DNA from: Squalus acanthias
Taxonomy: Eukaryota
Direction of reading: 5' to 3'
Assembly (NCBI GenBank): GCA_030390025.1
Contig: CM059432.1
Coordinates: 77,130,001 to 77,194,000 of the forward strand
Length of the DNA: 64,000 nucleotides
Shown here: positions 1 through 13,603 of the stretch, piece by piece
How the letters are laid out: every line of letters begins with the position of its first letter
Position numbering within the stretch: the stretch's first letter is position 1
Translations under genes and position numbers: made by a program
The notes under the pieces: generated by a model
What the model was told of the DNA's origin: nothing
What the model saw: the letters and a program-made list of their open reading frames with translations, nothing else
Database searches by the model: none

Positions 1-500
1 GCAGCACTGCTCGCCCACTGAAATCTGAGCAGAAAGTGTATGGATGGCCTGGCTTCTTAAAGATCAGTGGCATTTTTTATTTTTTGGCTTGAAAGCTATT
101 TTTTTTGTTTAGTATATTGTTTTATCTGAATTTTTATTAGTTCATTACTTTTTGTTGCTGTTTAGGTCTGATTTTTTTGCATTTCCAGAATGTTATTTCC
201 CAGTGCATTTCTTACATTGACTTGTTTCTAGCTGTTCCTTTGCTGTAGCAACTAAAAGGCCAGAATGCAAATTCCTTTGGGAGTTCTAATGAAGCTCTTA
301 AAATATGAAAGACGAACAGCAATTTTTCTACACCTCCCTCCCGCCAAGCCTCGGTAAAGGTTGACAAATATTTAAAATTCATTTTCAACCTTCGTAATGG
401 CTGAAACAATATTTAGTCCCCAAATGCAGGAACTTACCTTTAAGAGGCCAGTTTACTTTAGTTTTGAGTTACAAGAAAGGTTTTCTAAAGCCCATTAGGC

Positions 501-995
501 CAGGGATGTCCAACCTTTTGGTGTTGGGGGCTAGATACATGTGGTAAACCAGTAAGGGGGCTGCAATTTATTATACAATAATGACTCCCCATATAGATTA
601 ATGTGAACACCGCACCCCCTATACAGACTGAAAGCAAGACCCACTTGCACACAAAGTGAGATCTCCCACATACACTAAAAATGCAGGGCCTCCCTATTTG
701 CTTTTTGCCCCATCATTCTCCTTCCCCCTTGCCATCCCTCAAAAACCTGAAAACTTACTTGAAAGCTTCAACTCTTTAAAGTTCCTGGATTTGGAGGACT
801 GGAAAAGACTCTTCATTGATTGATGGATTTTGACCCAATCAGAGAGAAGCTTTTTCCAGTCATTCAAGCATGGGAACTTTAAAGAGCTGAAACAGGGTAA
901 GATGACAGACAGGAACCAACAGGAGCTTTGCAAACTGGATAAAAAGGAGCTTGTGGATCATAAACGACCTGAGAGCTGCCTGTTGGACATCCCTG
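501..995. mobile_element. Non-autonomous hAT (Charlie-like) DNA transposon
   Basis: Perfect 14-bp TIRs CAGGGATGTCCAAC (501) / GTTGGACATCCCTG (982-995) and perfect 8-bp TSD CATTAGGC (493-500, 996-1003). Confidence 0.9.
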
Positions 996-1531
996 CATTA
1001 GGCTAGTTGGCATGTTACCTAGTATTTACAGCATAGAAATAGGCCATTCAGCCCAACAGGTCCATGCCGGTGTTTATGCTCCACATGAGCCTCCTTCCAC
1101 CCTTCTTCATCTAACCCCATCAACATATCCTTCTATTCCTTTCTCCCTCATGTGTTTATCTAGCTTCCCCTTAAATGTATCTATGCTAGTTGCCTCAACC
1201 ACTCCTTGTCTACATTCTAACCACTCTCTGGGTAAAGAGGTTTCTCCTGAATTCCCTATTGGATTTATTAGTGACTATCTTATATTTATGGCCCTGGTTC
1301 TGGTCTCGCCCGCAAGTGGCAATATCTTCTCTATATCTAGCCCATCAAACCCTTCCATAATCTTAAAGACCTCTATCAGGTCACCCTTCAGTCTTCTTTT
1401 CTAGAGAAAAAAGCCCCAGCCTGTTCAATCTTTCCTGTTAGGTATAACCTCTCCATTCTGGTATCATCCTAGTAAATCTTTTTTGCACCTTCTCCAGTGT
1501 CTTTATATCCTTTTTAAAATATGTTGACGAA

Positions 1532-4500
1532 GGTCTAGAAATTCATGGCCACCACGAAAGCTGGCAGTGCCAACAGGCCGGGGGTTAATGGCTGCCAAAA
1601 ATGTGGCGCTAGCAGGACTGAAAAATTGGCGCTGGGGACTAATGATTATTAGCCCAGCGCTAAATTCATCGTGTAACGCCCTCCTGGTGACGTTTGTCCC
1701 AGCATCAGGCCCCAATGTGGCATCCACAAGCAGCGTTGCTGCTTCAACAGCCTCTGAAAGCAAGGCTGAGATTTCGCAAAGCATTGTGGGATCTTAAAAG
1801 AGCAATGCATTGTCATCTTCTTAAAAGGGCCTTCTGGAATGATAAATATTTTTACATCATTTTTATTTTTAAGAAAGGAGGAAGAGAAAAAACAGGGAAC
1901 GAAAGGCCAGTTAGCCTGACATCAGTAGTAGGCAAAATGCTAGAATCTATTATTAGTTACGTGGTAACAGGGCACTTAGAAAATCATAATATGATTAGGC
2001 AGAGTCAACATGGTTTTATGAAAGGGAAATCATGTTTGACAAATCTGTTAAGAGTTTTTGAAGATGTAACTAGTAGGATGGATAAGGGGGAACCAGTGGA
2101 TGTAGTGTATTTGGATTTTCAAAAAGCATTCGATAGGGTGCCACACAAGTGGTTATTACACAGAATTAGGACTCATGGGATTGGGGGTAATATATTAGCA
2201 TGGACTGAGGATTGGTTAATGGACAGAAAAGAGAATAGGAATAAATGGGACTTCTTCGGGTTGGCAGGTTGTAACTAGCAGGGTTCCGCAAGGATCAGTG
2301 CTTGGGCCTCAGCTACTTACAATCTATATTAATGACTTAGATGAAGGGACTGTGTGTAACGTATCAAGGTTTGCTGATGATACAAAGTTAGGTGGGAAAG
2401 TAAGCTGTGAGGAGGACGCAAAGAGGCTGCAGAGAGATATAGACAGGTTGACTGAATGGGCAAGAACCTGGCAAATGGAATACAATTTGGGGAAGTGTGA
2501 AGTTATCCACTTTGGTAGGAAAAACAAAAAAGCAGAATTTTTTTGAATGGGGAGAGACTGGGAAATGTTTGCATTCAGAGGGACCTGGGTGTCCTTGTAC
2601 ATGAATCACAGAAAGTTAACATGCAGGTACAGCAAGCAATTAGGAAAGCAAATGGTATGTTAGCTTTTCTTACAAAGGGATTAGAGTATAAGAGTAAAGA
2701 CGTCTTACTACAATTATACAGGGCATTGGTGAGGCCACACCTGGAGTACTGTGTACAGTTCTGGTCTCCTTACCTAAGGAAAGACATACTTGCCAGAGAG
2801 GGAGTTCAACGAAGGTTCACCAGACTGATTCCTGGGATGGGGGGATTGTCCTATGAGGAGAGATTGAGTAGACTAGGCCTATATTCTCTAGAGTTTAGAA
2901 GAATGAGAGGTGATCTCATTGAAACATACAAAATTCTTAAGGGACTTGACAGGGTAGATGCAGGGAGGATGTTTTCCCTGGCTGGGGAGTCTAGAACCAG
3001 GGGTCACAGTCTCAGAATAAGGGGTCGGCCATTTAGGACTGAGATGAGGAGAAGTTTCTTCACTCAAAGGGTTGTGAATCTATGGAATTCTCTACCCAAG
3101 AGAGCTGTGGATGCTCAGTCATTGAGTATATTCAAGACAGAGGTTGATAAATTTTTGGGAACAAAGGGAATTAAGGGATATGGGGATAGTGCGGGAAGGT
3201 GGAGTTGAGGTAGAAGATCAGCCATGATCTTGTTGAATGGCGGAGCAGGCTCGAAGGGCCAAATGGCCTACTCCAGCTCCTATTTCTTATGTTCTTACAT
3301 GCAGTTTTTAGCCCTTACAGCTCAACTGCCTTCTGAAAAAAAAGCATTAAAAAGAATTCCCAAATAACAGTCTTCAGCTCTTAAAGCTGAATTCCCTTCC
3401 GCACCTCAAAAAATGGGAAAAGTGCTTCAGCACTAACACAAATGGATCAGTAAGCCAGGGAAGGGCACCCAGGGTCTCGCACACAGCACTCCAGCTTTGT
3501 GTGGGGGGTCAACACTGCAGGAGAGATCCTCTACCCACAGGAGCCAGGAGGCCCTCCAGAAAGAATAATGCGGGACCACATCACCGAGGCCATCACTGCC
3601 AGGAGTGCTGCCCCCACCACATGGCTCCAGTGGTCAAGGTCAGTGAATGCATCTTCAAAAGCCATCTCCTACCAACTGCATCACTAGCCTCACACAATTC
3701 TCAATGCACAACTCCCCCCCACCCCCCACCCCTGAATCACTCACGTACCACCAATCTGTACCAATCACAAGGCACATCTCACATTCCTAGCTTCACCTCA
3801 CCCCCTTGGAGGAGACAGTGCTGACCATTCTTGACAGGGTCATGGCTGAGCCCTTGGCCAGCAGCAGGGCAGAAAGGATACAAGATGCTGGTATCCTCAT
3901 ACATTATCCTCCTTCTCGCATGCACCTCTTACTTTTACCCCCCTCCCCTCACAACTCCACCCTTGTGCTTTCCTCATTTCACACACCCAAGAAATGTAGC
4001 CTGCCCAGCCAGTGGTTGACCAAGAAGAGGGAGAGGAGAGTGAAGAAGAAGAAACAGAAACGACGTCACTCGGTTTCACACTCCCAGCCACCAGCTCCTC
4101 AAGGCCGACCAGCAAGGCCATTTGCAGTGTCCCCCACTGAAAGTCAGCAGCCTTCCACCAGCAATGCTGCAGCCACTGGGATAGCACTGCATGACATCAC
4201 TAGGATAGGCAAAGGCACACACAAGACAGTCACTAAGGGAATGCATAAGGGTAATGAGTTGATTTCTTGTGTCATGTTGGATGGATAGATGTATAAAGTT
4301 GGATTGGAAAGTTTGCTTTGTGGTGGCCTTTATTTCAGCATTTTAACATGTATTGCACCAAGCCACTCCTTCAATAAAAATGTTTTTAAAGTTCAAAGGC
4401 TTAAATGAAAACTTACCTGAAAGATGTGTGTGTCCCGAGGTGCCGACAGCGCCTCCGTGAGTCTGCTGAATGCTGGCTTTACATGGCGAGCTTAGGACCC

Positions 4501-4681
4501 AGCGCTGAACTCAGTGCTAAGGTCCAAGTTCGCTGAGGTGACGTTAAGTTGGCGACGTCACCCTCTCTTAATTTACATTTCCAGGGCCAGTGCCACAGAA
4601 ATGGCGCTAGAGCGGTGGCCGTCATTTTTAGACTGGATCATAGCGAAAACTCGTGGCATTAAGTGAGCCAATTTCTAGGCC
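1532..4681 (+). mobile_element. Internally deleted PIF/Harbinger transposon with Myb/SANT-like gene remnant
   Basis: TIRs GGTCTAGAAATT / AATTTCTAGGCC. Decayed Myb-like coding at ~3450-4230 (EILYPQE...EAITARSAAPTTWLQ, donor GGTCAAG|GTCAGT at ~3638) homologous to 23290-25125. Confidence 0.75.
1866..3298 (+). mobile_element. CR1 LINE, 5'-truncated (frameshifted RT), nested in the Harbinger element
   Basis: ORFs 1694-3208 with [39 protein letters not shown]; ends in CR1 3'UTR and TTCTTATG repeats. Confidence 0.95.
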
Positions 4682-4887
4682 CAAAACTCTTCACAGTTCT
4701 CCAAGTGTGGTCAAACCACGGTTCTGTACAAGTTTAACATAACTTCTCTGCTTTTCAATTCTATCCCTCTAGAAATGCACCCCAGTGCTTTGTTTGCTTT
4801 TTTATGGCCTTATTAACTTGCATTGGTACTTGTAATGATTTGTGTATCTGTGTCCCCAGATCCCTCGACTCCTCTACCCCATTTAGA

Positions 4888-5719
4888 AGCGCGATCTTGC
4901 CAGCCCTGGGGAGGCGGGTATTTAGGCGGGACTGCCGGGAAAATGGCAGAATCTGGGGGCGGGTGCCCAACCCGCCCCCGTGCCATCTTGCCAGGAGGCG
5001 GGTAGCTGACCCGCGCCGGGTCCCGTCTCCTTGGATGCGGGAAGGGGATTAGTGCCACTTATCTGCCTGTTAACAGGTAGTTAACAGGCAGATAAGAGGA
5101 TATCCCCATTTTGCCCACACAAGTGTGGGCTTCCCGAAGGCTCCGAACCCCACCAGGGTCACCGAGATGAGTAGTGGGTCTGCAGGGGTCTGCGGGGTGC
5201 AAAAGTGCGCTGTGAAGGTAAGTGATGGGTGCAAGTGTGGCGAGGTGAGTATCTGAGGTAAGTAGAAAGTGTTAGTAAAAGTTTACTTACCTTTGTTTCT
5301 TCCTGCAAGCTTCAAGAGTTGGGTATGCGGAGAGTCTCGCACCTCCATGGCAGAGATGACAGATGGCTGTTGCAATCTCCAATGCAGCAACCATCTAATT
5401 TCTGCGAAATAAAGAGGTTTGATGAGTCTTGAATTCAAGAACTCATCAAACTACAGAGAATGTCAGCGTTTGACAGCTTCACAGAGCTGTCAAACGATGA
5501 CAATTCATCTGTCAAAATTTTTGACAGATGAAACGTCATACGTTGACGTTCTCTGTAACCGGCTTTCCCTTAATTGGCCTGCTAAGCCCGCTGGACGGGC
5601 TTAACAAAGTCAATCAAGGGAAAATAGCGTGGGTTGGCCAGAAGTTGCTGGAGGCGGGACTGAAACCCAACAAGTGGGAGTCCCACCTCCAAAAGCTCCC
5701 CATTGGCAAAATACAGCCC
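4888..5719. mobile_element. Harbinger-type MITE inserted in CR1
   Basis: Degenerate TIRs AGCGCGATCTTGCC / GGCAAAATACAGCCC; GC-rich subterminal arms; interrupts CR1 collinearity. Confidence 0.7.
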
Positions 5720-6817
5720 TGAGTTTCCAAGGAGTATGTGGCCTCCTTATTCTTGCTACCAAAATGAACCACATCACACTTATCTATATTGAAGTTCATT
5801 TGCCAATTACACACCCATTCTGCAAGTTTATTAATGTCTTCATGTATTTAGTCGCAATCCTTCGCCGTATTTACTGTATCCCTCAATTTGGTGTCATCTG
5901 CAAATTTTGAAACTGTACTTCTGATTCCAGAGTCCAAATCGTTTCTGTAAATGGTGAACAACAGTGGCCCCAGCACTGATCCCTGTGGAACACCACTTCC
6001 CACCTTTTGCCAGTCTGAGTAACTACCTTTAACTCCTACTCTCTTCTTTTCTGTGCCAGTTAGTCAAGTGACCTAACCTCACAAAATTCCACACAGTCCA
6101 TTCAGTGTGCGGTGGGCTAGTTGACCCAGGCAGTTAACCATTCCTGGCACAGGTTTGTCAGGAGTGTAAAATCAGGCCTATATTGTTGTATTCTTGTTAC
6201 TTTTCCAGAATAAGTGAATTGAGTGGTTTACTAGATTATTAAATTATCCTTTCACCTTTGGGGCCGAAGTTTACATCCAGTCCAAAGTGCAAGTTTTCTT
6301 TCTCTGCTGCCTGTAAGCATGCTACATGATGTGAGTTACAACATTTTCAGCTTCATTCTTAATAGGCATCTGTTCATAGCACAAAGCTGCACAAATTACT
6401 CAATGAGGCCATTAGGATGGTTGATGTGGAAAATTTAAAAAAAAAATCAGAATGGGTATGGGATCTCTGATGTTGGGAGTTGATGAGGGAGCTTTACTCT
6501 GCATCTGCTCTGTGCATTACTGGACTTGGGAATATTTGATGTTCACACTGAGTGTTGAAAGCATCTCGTTTCCCAGCACTAGCAATCCTCAGCTCAAGTA
6601 CAAAAATATAAAAATAAGTAAATATGTAAAAGTGGAATGTTAAATTATCTTTTCGGAAACTATTTTATAAAATATAAAACTGATTCTTGGATACTTGCCA
6701 AAGCGGCAGTGACAAAAATATGCTCTGAGGCCAGACGGTAGTGGGGTTCAAAACTATTAATGGCTTGCTAATCTGAAGGACTCCATTACTAAGATTTAGA
6801 TTCAAAGTGGCAATGTT

Positions 6818-6926
6818 GGGGATAATTTTGACTTTGTGTGATAGTGAAAAGCAGGTGATAGCGAATCGGCAGCCCGTTTTACATCTCTCCTGATTTTTAT
6901 TTCAATTGAAAGTTAAAATTACCCCC
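6818..6926. mobile_element. Small MITE (Harbinger-type)
   Basis: 17-bp TIRs (15/17) GGGGATAATTTTGACTT / AAGTTAAAATTACCCCC with 3-bp TSD GTT. Confidence 0.75.
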
Positions 6927-6989
6927 GTTGAGTCTTGTATGGTTGCAATTTTAACTATTTAATCATCCATTTAAATTGGCCACAGTAGA

Positions 6990-7479
6990 CAATGGAAGAT
7001 TATGGGCCACAAACTTGGACGCACCAGGAATTGCAGGGGGTGATTTGGGTCGGGGAGGATCGGGGGTCGGGAGAGTAGGCTGGGGGGTAGGATCGGGGGT
7101 CGGGATCGCCGGCCGAGGTGGGGAGGCTGGGATGATTGAGGGGTGCACTCCTGCTCCTCCTGGCTCCACATTCAGGCAAGTTACTTACCTTCTTCCTTTT
7201 TTGCAGGCAATCCCTAGGGCTGGCGCAGGCTGTCTCACGGCAAACCAATCTTGGAGAGGAGACTTCAAACAGGCATTAGGACCCTTATTTGCATATACAA
7301 AGGGTCTAACACCTACTACAGGCGTGGGTAAAGGAAACCTCTTGTTTGTCCATACCCAATATGGCGAGCGGTGCACTTTTGGCCAGAAATATGCGCACGC
7401 TTCCTGCCGCCATTTTGGGACCTTAGTAGTCAGATTAGAGCCCGAAAAGCGGGCGCTACATGGACCAAATTCTAGGCCT
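6990..7479. mobile_element. Harbinger-type MITE fragment
   Basis: Right TIR CCAAATTCTAGGCC; shares the CCTGCTCCTCCTGGCTC motif with 62418-63025 and (reverse) 56907-57497; left end unclear. Confidence 0.6.
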
Positions 7480-7640
7480 ATGTCCCCTTGAAACCATTAT
7501 ATTTCTAAATATTACAAGATGTTAAATTGCATCGTTGTACACTAACAGGTATGTTTACTATTCAGTTATACGGAATTCTCATGCATTGCTCTCATAATTT
7601 GTCTCAATTTATTACAAAGTGAACAATATGCCAGTGTATA

Positions 7641-7792
7641 CATAGAATTACACAGAATATACAGCACAGAAACAGGCCATTCGGCCCAACTAGTCTGTGC
7701 TGGTGTTTATACTGCACATGAGTCTCCACCCATTCCATCTACCTCATCTCAGCCTTTCAGCATATCTTTCTATTCTCTTTTCTTTCATGTAC
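7641..7792 (-). mobile_element. CR1 3'-end fragment
   Basis: CAGCACAGAAACAGGCCATTCGGCCC 3'UTR motif in reverse, similar to 1025-1150. Confidence 0.7.
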
Positions 7793-8013
7793 ATCATGTT
7801 GTGTTTTAACTGTAGATGGCTCCTTTCTTCTCTAGCTGCTGTTCCCTGCTTTGTATGTTACTACTTAAAACCGAACTGCTCCCACTCTACCAGCCCCCTC
7901 AACAAAAATGTGAAATAGAGGAATTTTACATTTATGAAATAGTGTTTGGCAAGCTTTTTTTTTGCAAAGGCAAGCCCCAATGATGCAAATCATGTTGAAA
8001 TACATAACCATGT

Positions 8014-11000
8014 AATAGAGTCACAGAGTCATATAGCACAGAAAGAAGCCCTTCGGCCCATTGTGTCCGCGCCGGCCATCAAGCCCTGTCTATTCTAATC
8101 ACATTTTCCAGCACTTGGTCCATAGCCTTGTATGCTATGGCATTTCAAGTGCTCATCTAAATGCTTCTTGAATGTTGTGAGGGTTCCTGCCTCTACCACC
8201 CTTTCAGGCAGTGAGTTTCAGATTCCAACCACCCTCTGGGTGAAAAAGTTTTTCCTCAAATCCCCTCTAAACCTCCTGGCCCTTACCTTGAAACTATGCC
8301 CCCTGGTTATTGAGCCCTCTACTAAGGGGAAAAGTTCCTTTCTATCCACCCTAGCTATGCCCCTCTTAATTTTGTACACCTCAGTCAGGTCCCCCCTCAG
8401 CCTTCCCTGCTCTAAGGAAAACAACCCCAGCCTGTCCAGTCTCTCTTCATAGCTGAAGCACTCCAGCCCAGGTAACATCCTGGTGAATCTCCTTTGCACC
8501 CTCTCCAATGCAATCACATCCTTCCTATAGTGTGGCGACCAGAACTGCACACAGTGTTCCAGCTGTGGCCTAACTGGCGTTTTGTACAGTTCCATCATAA
8601 CCTCCCTGCTCTTATATTCTATGCCTCGGCTAATGAAGGCAAGTATCCCATATGCCTTCTTAACCAGCTTATCTACCTGTCCTGCTGCATTCAGGGATCT
8701 ATGTACATGTACACCAAGGTCCCTCTGATCCTCTGTCCTTCCTAGGGTCCTACCATTCATTGTGTATTCCCTTGCCTTGTTAGTCCTCCCAAAATGCATC
8801 ACCTCACACTTTTCAGGGTTAAATTCCATTTGCCACTGTTCTGCCCATCTGACCAACCCATCTATATCGTCCTGTCGCCTGAGGCTTCCCTCCTCGCTAT
8901 TTACCACTCCACCAATTTTCGTGTCATCTGCAAACTTACTGATCATAGCTCCTACATTCATATCTAAATCATTAATGTACACTACAAACAGCAAAGGACC
9001 CAGCACCGATCCCTGTGGTACACCACTGGACACAGGCTTCCAGTCACAAAAACAACCTTCGACCATCACCCTCTGCCTCCTGCCACTAAGCCAATTTTGG
9101 ATCCAATGTGCCAAATTGCCCTGGATCCCATGGGCTCTTACCTTCTTGACCAGTCTCCCATGCGGGACTTTGTCAAAAGCCTTACTGAAGTCCATGTAGA
9201 CTACATCAACTGCACTACCCTCATCCACACACCTAGTCACCCCCTCGAAAAATTCAATCAAATTGGTTAGACACGATCTCCCCCTGACAAAGCCATGCTG
9301 ACTATCCTTGATTAATCCTTGCCTCTCCAAATGGAGACTAATTCTGTCCCTCAGAATTTTTTCCAATAATTTCCCTACCACTGATGTTAGGCTCACTGGC
9401 CTGTAATTCCCTGGTTTATCCCTACTACCCTTCTTGAATAATGGTACTACGTTAGCTGTCCTCCAGTCCTCTGGCACCTCCCCTGTGGCCAGAGAGGTTC
9501 TGAAAATTTGTGTCAGAGCCCCTGCAATCTCCTCCCTTGCCTCACACAGCAGCTTGGGATACAGCTCGTCAGGGCCTGGGGATTTATCCACTTTTAAGCC
9601 CGCTAAAACTGCTAGTACCTCCTCCTTCTCAATACTAATTTGTTCAAGTATATCACAATCCCCCTGCCTGATTTCTATGCCTACATCGTCCTTCTCCATA
9701 GTGAACACAGATGCAAAATATTAATTTAAAACCTCACCTACATCTTCCTGCTCTACACACAGATTGCCACTTTGGTCCCTAATGGGCCCTACTCTTTCCC
9801 TGGTTATCCTTTTGCCCTTAATATACTTATGAAACACCTTGGGATTTTCCTTTATTTTGCCCGCCAGTGTTATTTCATGCCCCCTCTTCGCTCTCTTAAT
9901 TTCTTTTTTAAGTACCCCCTGCACTTTCTATACTCCTCTAGGGCTTCCACTGTTTTTAGTTCTTTGTATCTGCCAAAAGCTTCCCTTTTTTTCCTAATCC
10001 ATTCTTGTATATCCCTTGTCATCCAGGGTTCCCCGGGTTTGTTGGTCCCACCCGTGACCTTTACGGGAACATGTTAGCGTTGTACTCTCTCTATTTTCTT
10101 TCTGAAAGACTCCCACTGCTCTGATCTGGATTTTCCTACAAGTAGCTGATCCCAGTCCACTTTGGCCAGATCCTGCCATATCATATTAAAATCAGCCTTC
10201 CCCCAATTTAGAACCTTTATTTCCAGTCCATCTTTGTCCTTTTCCATGACTACCTTAAATCTCACCGAATTATGGTCACTGTCACCAAAATGCTCTCCTA
10301 CTGACACTTCTACCACTTGCCCGGCTACATTCCCTAGAATTAGGTCCAGTACCGCCCCCTCTCTTGTAGGACTTTCTACATGCTGGCTCAAAAAGCTCTC
10401 CTTGATGCACTTTAAGAATTCTGCACCCTCTAAGCCTTTCACACTCTTGACTATCCCAGTTAATATTGGGGAAGTTGAAATCCCCTACTATTATTACCCT
10501 ATTATTTCTACACTTCTCTGAGATTTGCCTACATATCTGTTCCTCTATCTCCCCCTGACTGTTTGGGGGCCTATAGTACACTCCCAGCAAAGTGCTTGCC
10601 CCCATTTTGTTTTTAAGTTCTACCCATATGGCCTCATTAGAGGAACCTGCTAAGATATCATCCCTCCTTACAGCAGTAATTGACTCCTTGATTAATATTG
10701 CGACACCCCCTCCTCTTTTACACCCCCCTCTGTCTCGCCTGAAGATTCTATACCCCGGAATATTGAGCTGCCTGTCCTGCCCCTCCCTCAACCATGTCTC
10801 TGTGATAGCAACAATATCATACTCCCATGTGTTCATTAACACCTTCAATTCATCTGCCTTACTCGCAAGACTCCTTGCATTAAAATAAATGCCATCCAGC
10901 CTTGCCATACTCCCTTGTGCCGTTACATATTTGCTCTGCCTTTCAGACTGACTTGTTTTTTCCTCTATATTTGGCTGTGCATCACCCCCTACTATAGCTC

Positions 11001-11346
11001 CACTTCGTATCCCATCCCCCTGCCAAGTTAGTTTAACCCCCCCCCCCGCCACCCGGCCCCAACAGTACTAGCAAACCTCCCCGCAAGGATGTTGGTCCCG
11101 TTCCGGTTCAGGTGCAACCCGTCCGACTTGTACAGGTCCCACCTTCCCCAGAAGCAGACCCAGTGATCCAGGAAACTAAAGCCCTCCCTCCTGCACCAAC
11201 TCTTTAGCCACGCATTCATCTGCTCTTTCCTCCTATTCCTATACTCACTAGCACGTGGCACCGGGAGTAATCCAGAGATTACAACCTTTGAGGTCCTGCT
11301 TTTTAATCTGCTACCTAGCTCCCTAAATTCTTGTTGCAGGACCTCT
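8014..11346 (-). mobile_element. CR1 LINE, near-complete ORF2 (APE endonuclease + RT) plus ORF1 esterase C-terminus
   Basis: 11028-11346 SGNH-esterase-like (DGLHLNRNG); 10282-11052 APE (YFNARSL, ITETWL, VYYRPP, GDFNFP); 8218-9708 open 496-aa RT; several stops/frameshifts in between; (TGACTCTA)n tail. Confidence 0.96.
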
Positions 11347-12496
11347 TAATGAAAATGTTATACAATTCTTCTCACTCCCCAAACAAAAAAAGTTTGCCAA
11401 AAGCTTTTTCATGCAGACAATACCCCCTTAAATGTTTATATTATTTGAATGCATTAATGTTTAGCACAGTTTTGTAAAAAGTTTCTATAATAAAACCACA
11501 TATTTTACAATGTTCTCATATTGTGAGGACAATTGTAACTGGCCAAAATATACTGACCCTCCCCCATGAGTAAGCAGGAGTAGCTTATTCATTTGACCTG
11601 TTATTCTCTAGAGTATCAAAATATTTTTTAACTTGTTTCTTGTCTTCATGATAAATGTATTCCAAGGTTTGACCGTTAGCATGTCAAATGTAATGGAAGC
11701 TTCTTTTTGCTGTCAAAGTGATCAAAGGGAGGTTGAAAATGGGATCTATAAACAGATGCTGCCCAATCACAAACCTTAAAGGACAAGACAGTGTGGCCAG
11801 ATGTTGAAGTGACCTTCGGACCGAGGAACATGCTGACATGGCATTGATTTAGATAGTTGTTGGCAGGGGGTTTTATTCCAGGAGCAGGAAAAGCAGAAGG
11901 TAAAGAAAAACCTTTCCCAGCATCCCCTTCAAACAAAATTCAGAAGTATTGGTCGATGGGGTTGATGTCTGTCAAAGATGTAGAACTCACCATGCAATCC
12001 TGCCAGTAGGTATCACATCAAAAAGAGTTACTTGAATGAACACAAACATCTTGCGGCTGTGCCAAGCTGCATCCCCCTCAACTTTGTAACAGCTGTTTTT
12101 GTTTGAATACAGATTTAAAATAATTAACAATTAGAAAAGATAGGGCAACTGTGCATAGGTGTGGCAATCTTTTAAGGTAAGGTGCATATGTCAGCAGCTG
12201 TATAATAACTTGATATCGTTCATTCACTTATACTGAGTAATAAATCTAAATCATATAGAAAGAAACAAAAAAGTTATCATGTTTTGATAACAGCTATAAC
12301 TGATGTATACTACACAATATCGTCAAATGCAAAAGTCTTGACACAAGGTTCTATACATGTATGTAAAACGATTTGTGAAACAGTACTATATTCTTTGACA
12401 ATTAGCACAAAAAAATTGCATCAGCCTGGGACTGGTAATTTCTTCTTGAATGTGAAGGACACATATCTCATATGTCAGCAAAATATCTGTAATTTT

Positions 12497-13603
12497 ATTT
12501 TTTATTCGTTCCTGGGATGTGGGCATCGCTGGCATAGTCAGCATTTATTGCCCATCCTTTATTGCCCTTGAGAAGATGGTGGTGAGCTGCTTTCTAGATC
12601 TGCTGCAGTCCGTGTGGTGAAGGTACTTCCAACAGTGCTGTTAGGTAGGGAGTTCCAGGGTTTTGACCCAGCGACGATGAAGGAACGGCGATATATTTCC
12701 AAGTCAGGATGGTGTGTGACTTGGAGGGGAACTTGCAGGTGATGGTGTTCCTATGCACCTGCTGCCCTTGTCCTTCTAGGTGGTAGAGGTCACGGGTTTG
12801 GGAGGTGCTATCAAAGAAGCCTTGGCGAGTTGCTTCCGTGCATCTTGTAGATGGTACACACTGCAGCCACGGTGCACCGGTGGTGGAGGGAGTGAATGTT
12901 TAAGGTGGTGGATGGGGTGCCAATCAAGCGGGCTGCTTTGTCCTGGATGGTGTCAAGCTTCTTGAGTGTTGTTGGAGCTGCACTCATCCAGGCAAGTGGA
13001 GAGTATTCCATCACACTCCTGACTTGTGCCTTGTAGATGGTGGAAATGCTGTGGGGAATCAGGAGGTAAGTCACTAGCTGCAGAATACCTAGCCTCTGAC
13101 CTGCTCTTGTAGCCACAGTATTTATGTGGCTGGTCCAGTTAAGTTTCTGGTCAATAGTGACCTCCACGATGTTGATGGTGGTGGATTCGGTGATGGTAAT
13201 GCCGTTGAACATCAAGAGGTAGTGGTTAGACTCTCTCTTGTTGGAGATAGTCATTGCCTGGCACTTGTGTGGCGCGAATGTTATTTGCTGCTTATCAGCC
13301 CAAGCCTAAATGTCATCCAGGTCTTGCTGCATGCAGGCACGGACTGCTTCATTATCTAAGGAGTTGCGAATGAAACTGAACACTGTGCAATAATCAGCAA
13401 ACATCCCCAGCTCTGACCTTATGATGGAGGGAAGGTCATCGATGAAGCAGCTGAAGATGGTTGGGCCGAGCACACTGCCCTGAGGAACTCCTGCAGCAAT
13501 GTCCTGGGGCTGAAATGATTGGCCTCCAACAACCACAACCATCTTCCTTTGTGCTGGGTTTGACTCCAGCCAGTGGGGAGTTTTCCCCCTGATTCTCATT
13601 GAC
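12497..13603 (-). mobile_element. LINE 3' portion of a second CR1/L2-group clade (exact clade uncertain)
   Basis: RT fragments [32 protein letters not shown]; distinct 3'UTR ending in an A-rich tail. Confidence 0.85.

Larger units (their letters stand above)
1025..6050 (-). mobile_element. CR1 LINE 3' portion, split into ~1025-1531, 4682-4887 and 5720-6050 by two Harbinger-type insertions
   Basis: CR1 3'UTR at ~1030. RT-region sequence resumes collinearly across both insertions (ATGTTGAC|CAAAACT...CCAAGTGTGG); FADDTK-type motif near 5880-5905 on the minus strand. Confidence 0.85.

Noticed and set aside
8132..10888. Plus-strand ORFs of 80-145 aa, and similar ORFs opposite other LINEs
   Set aside because: Antisense shadows of CR1 ORF2.
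11676..12090. Coding-looking segment with an 86-aa minus ORF and a GTGAGT donor
   Set aside because: No recognisable protein similarity and stops in the plausible frames; may be an unrecognised old repeat.
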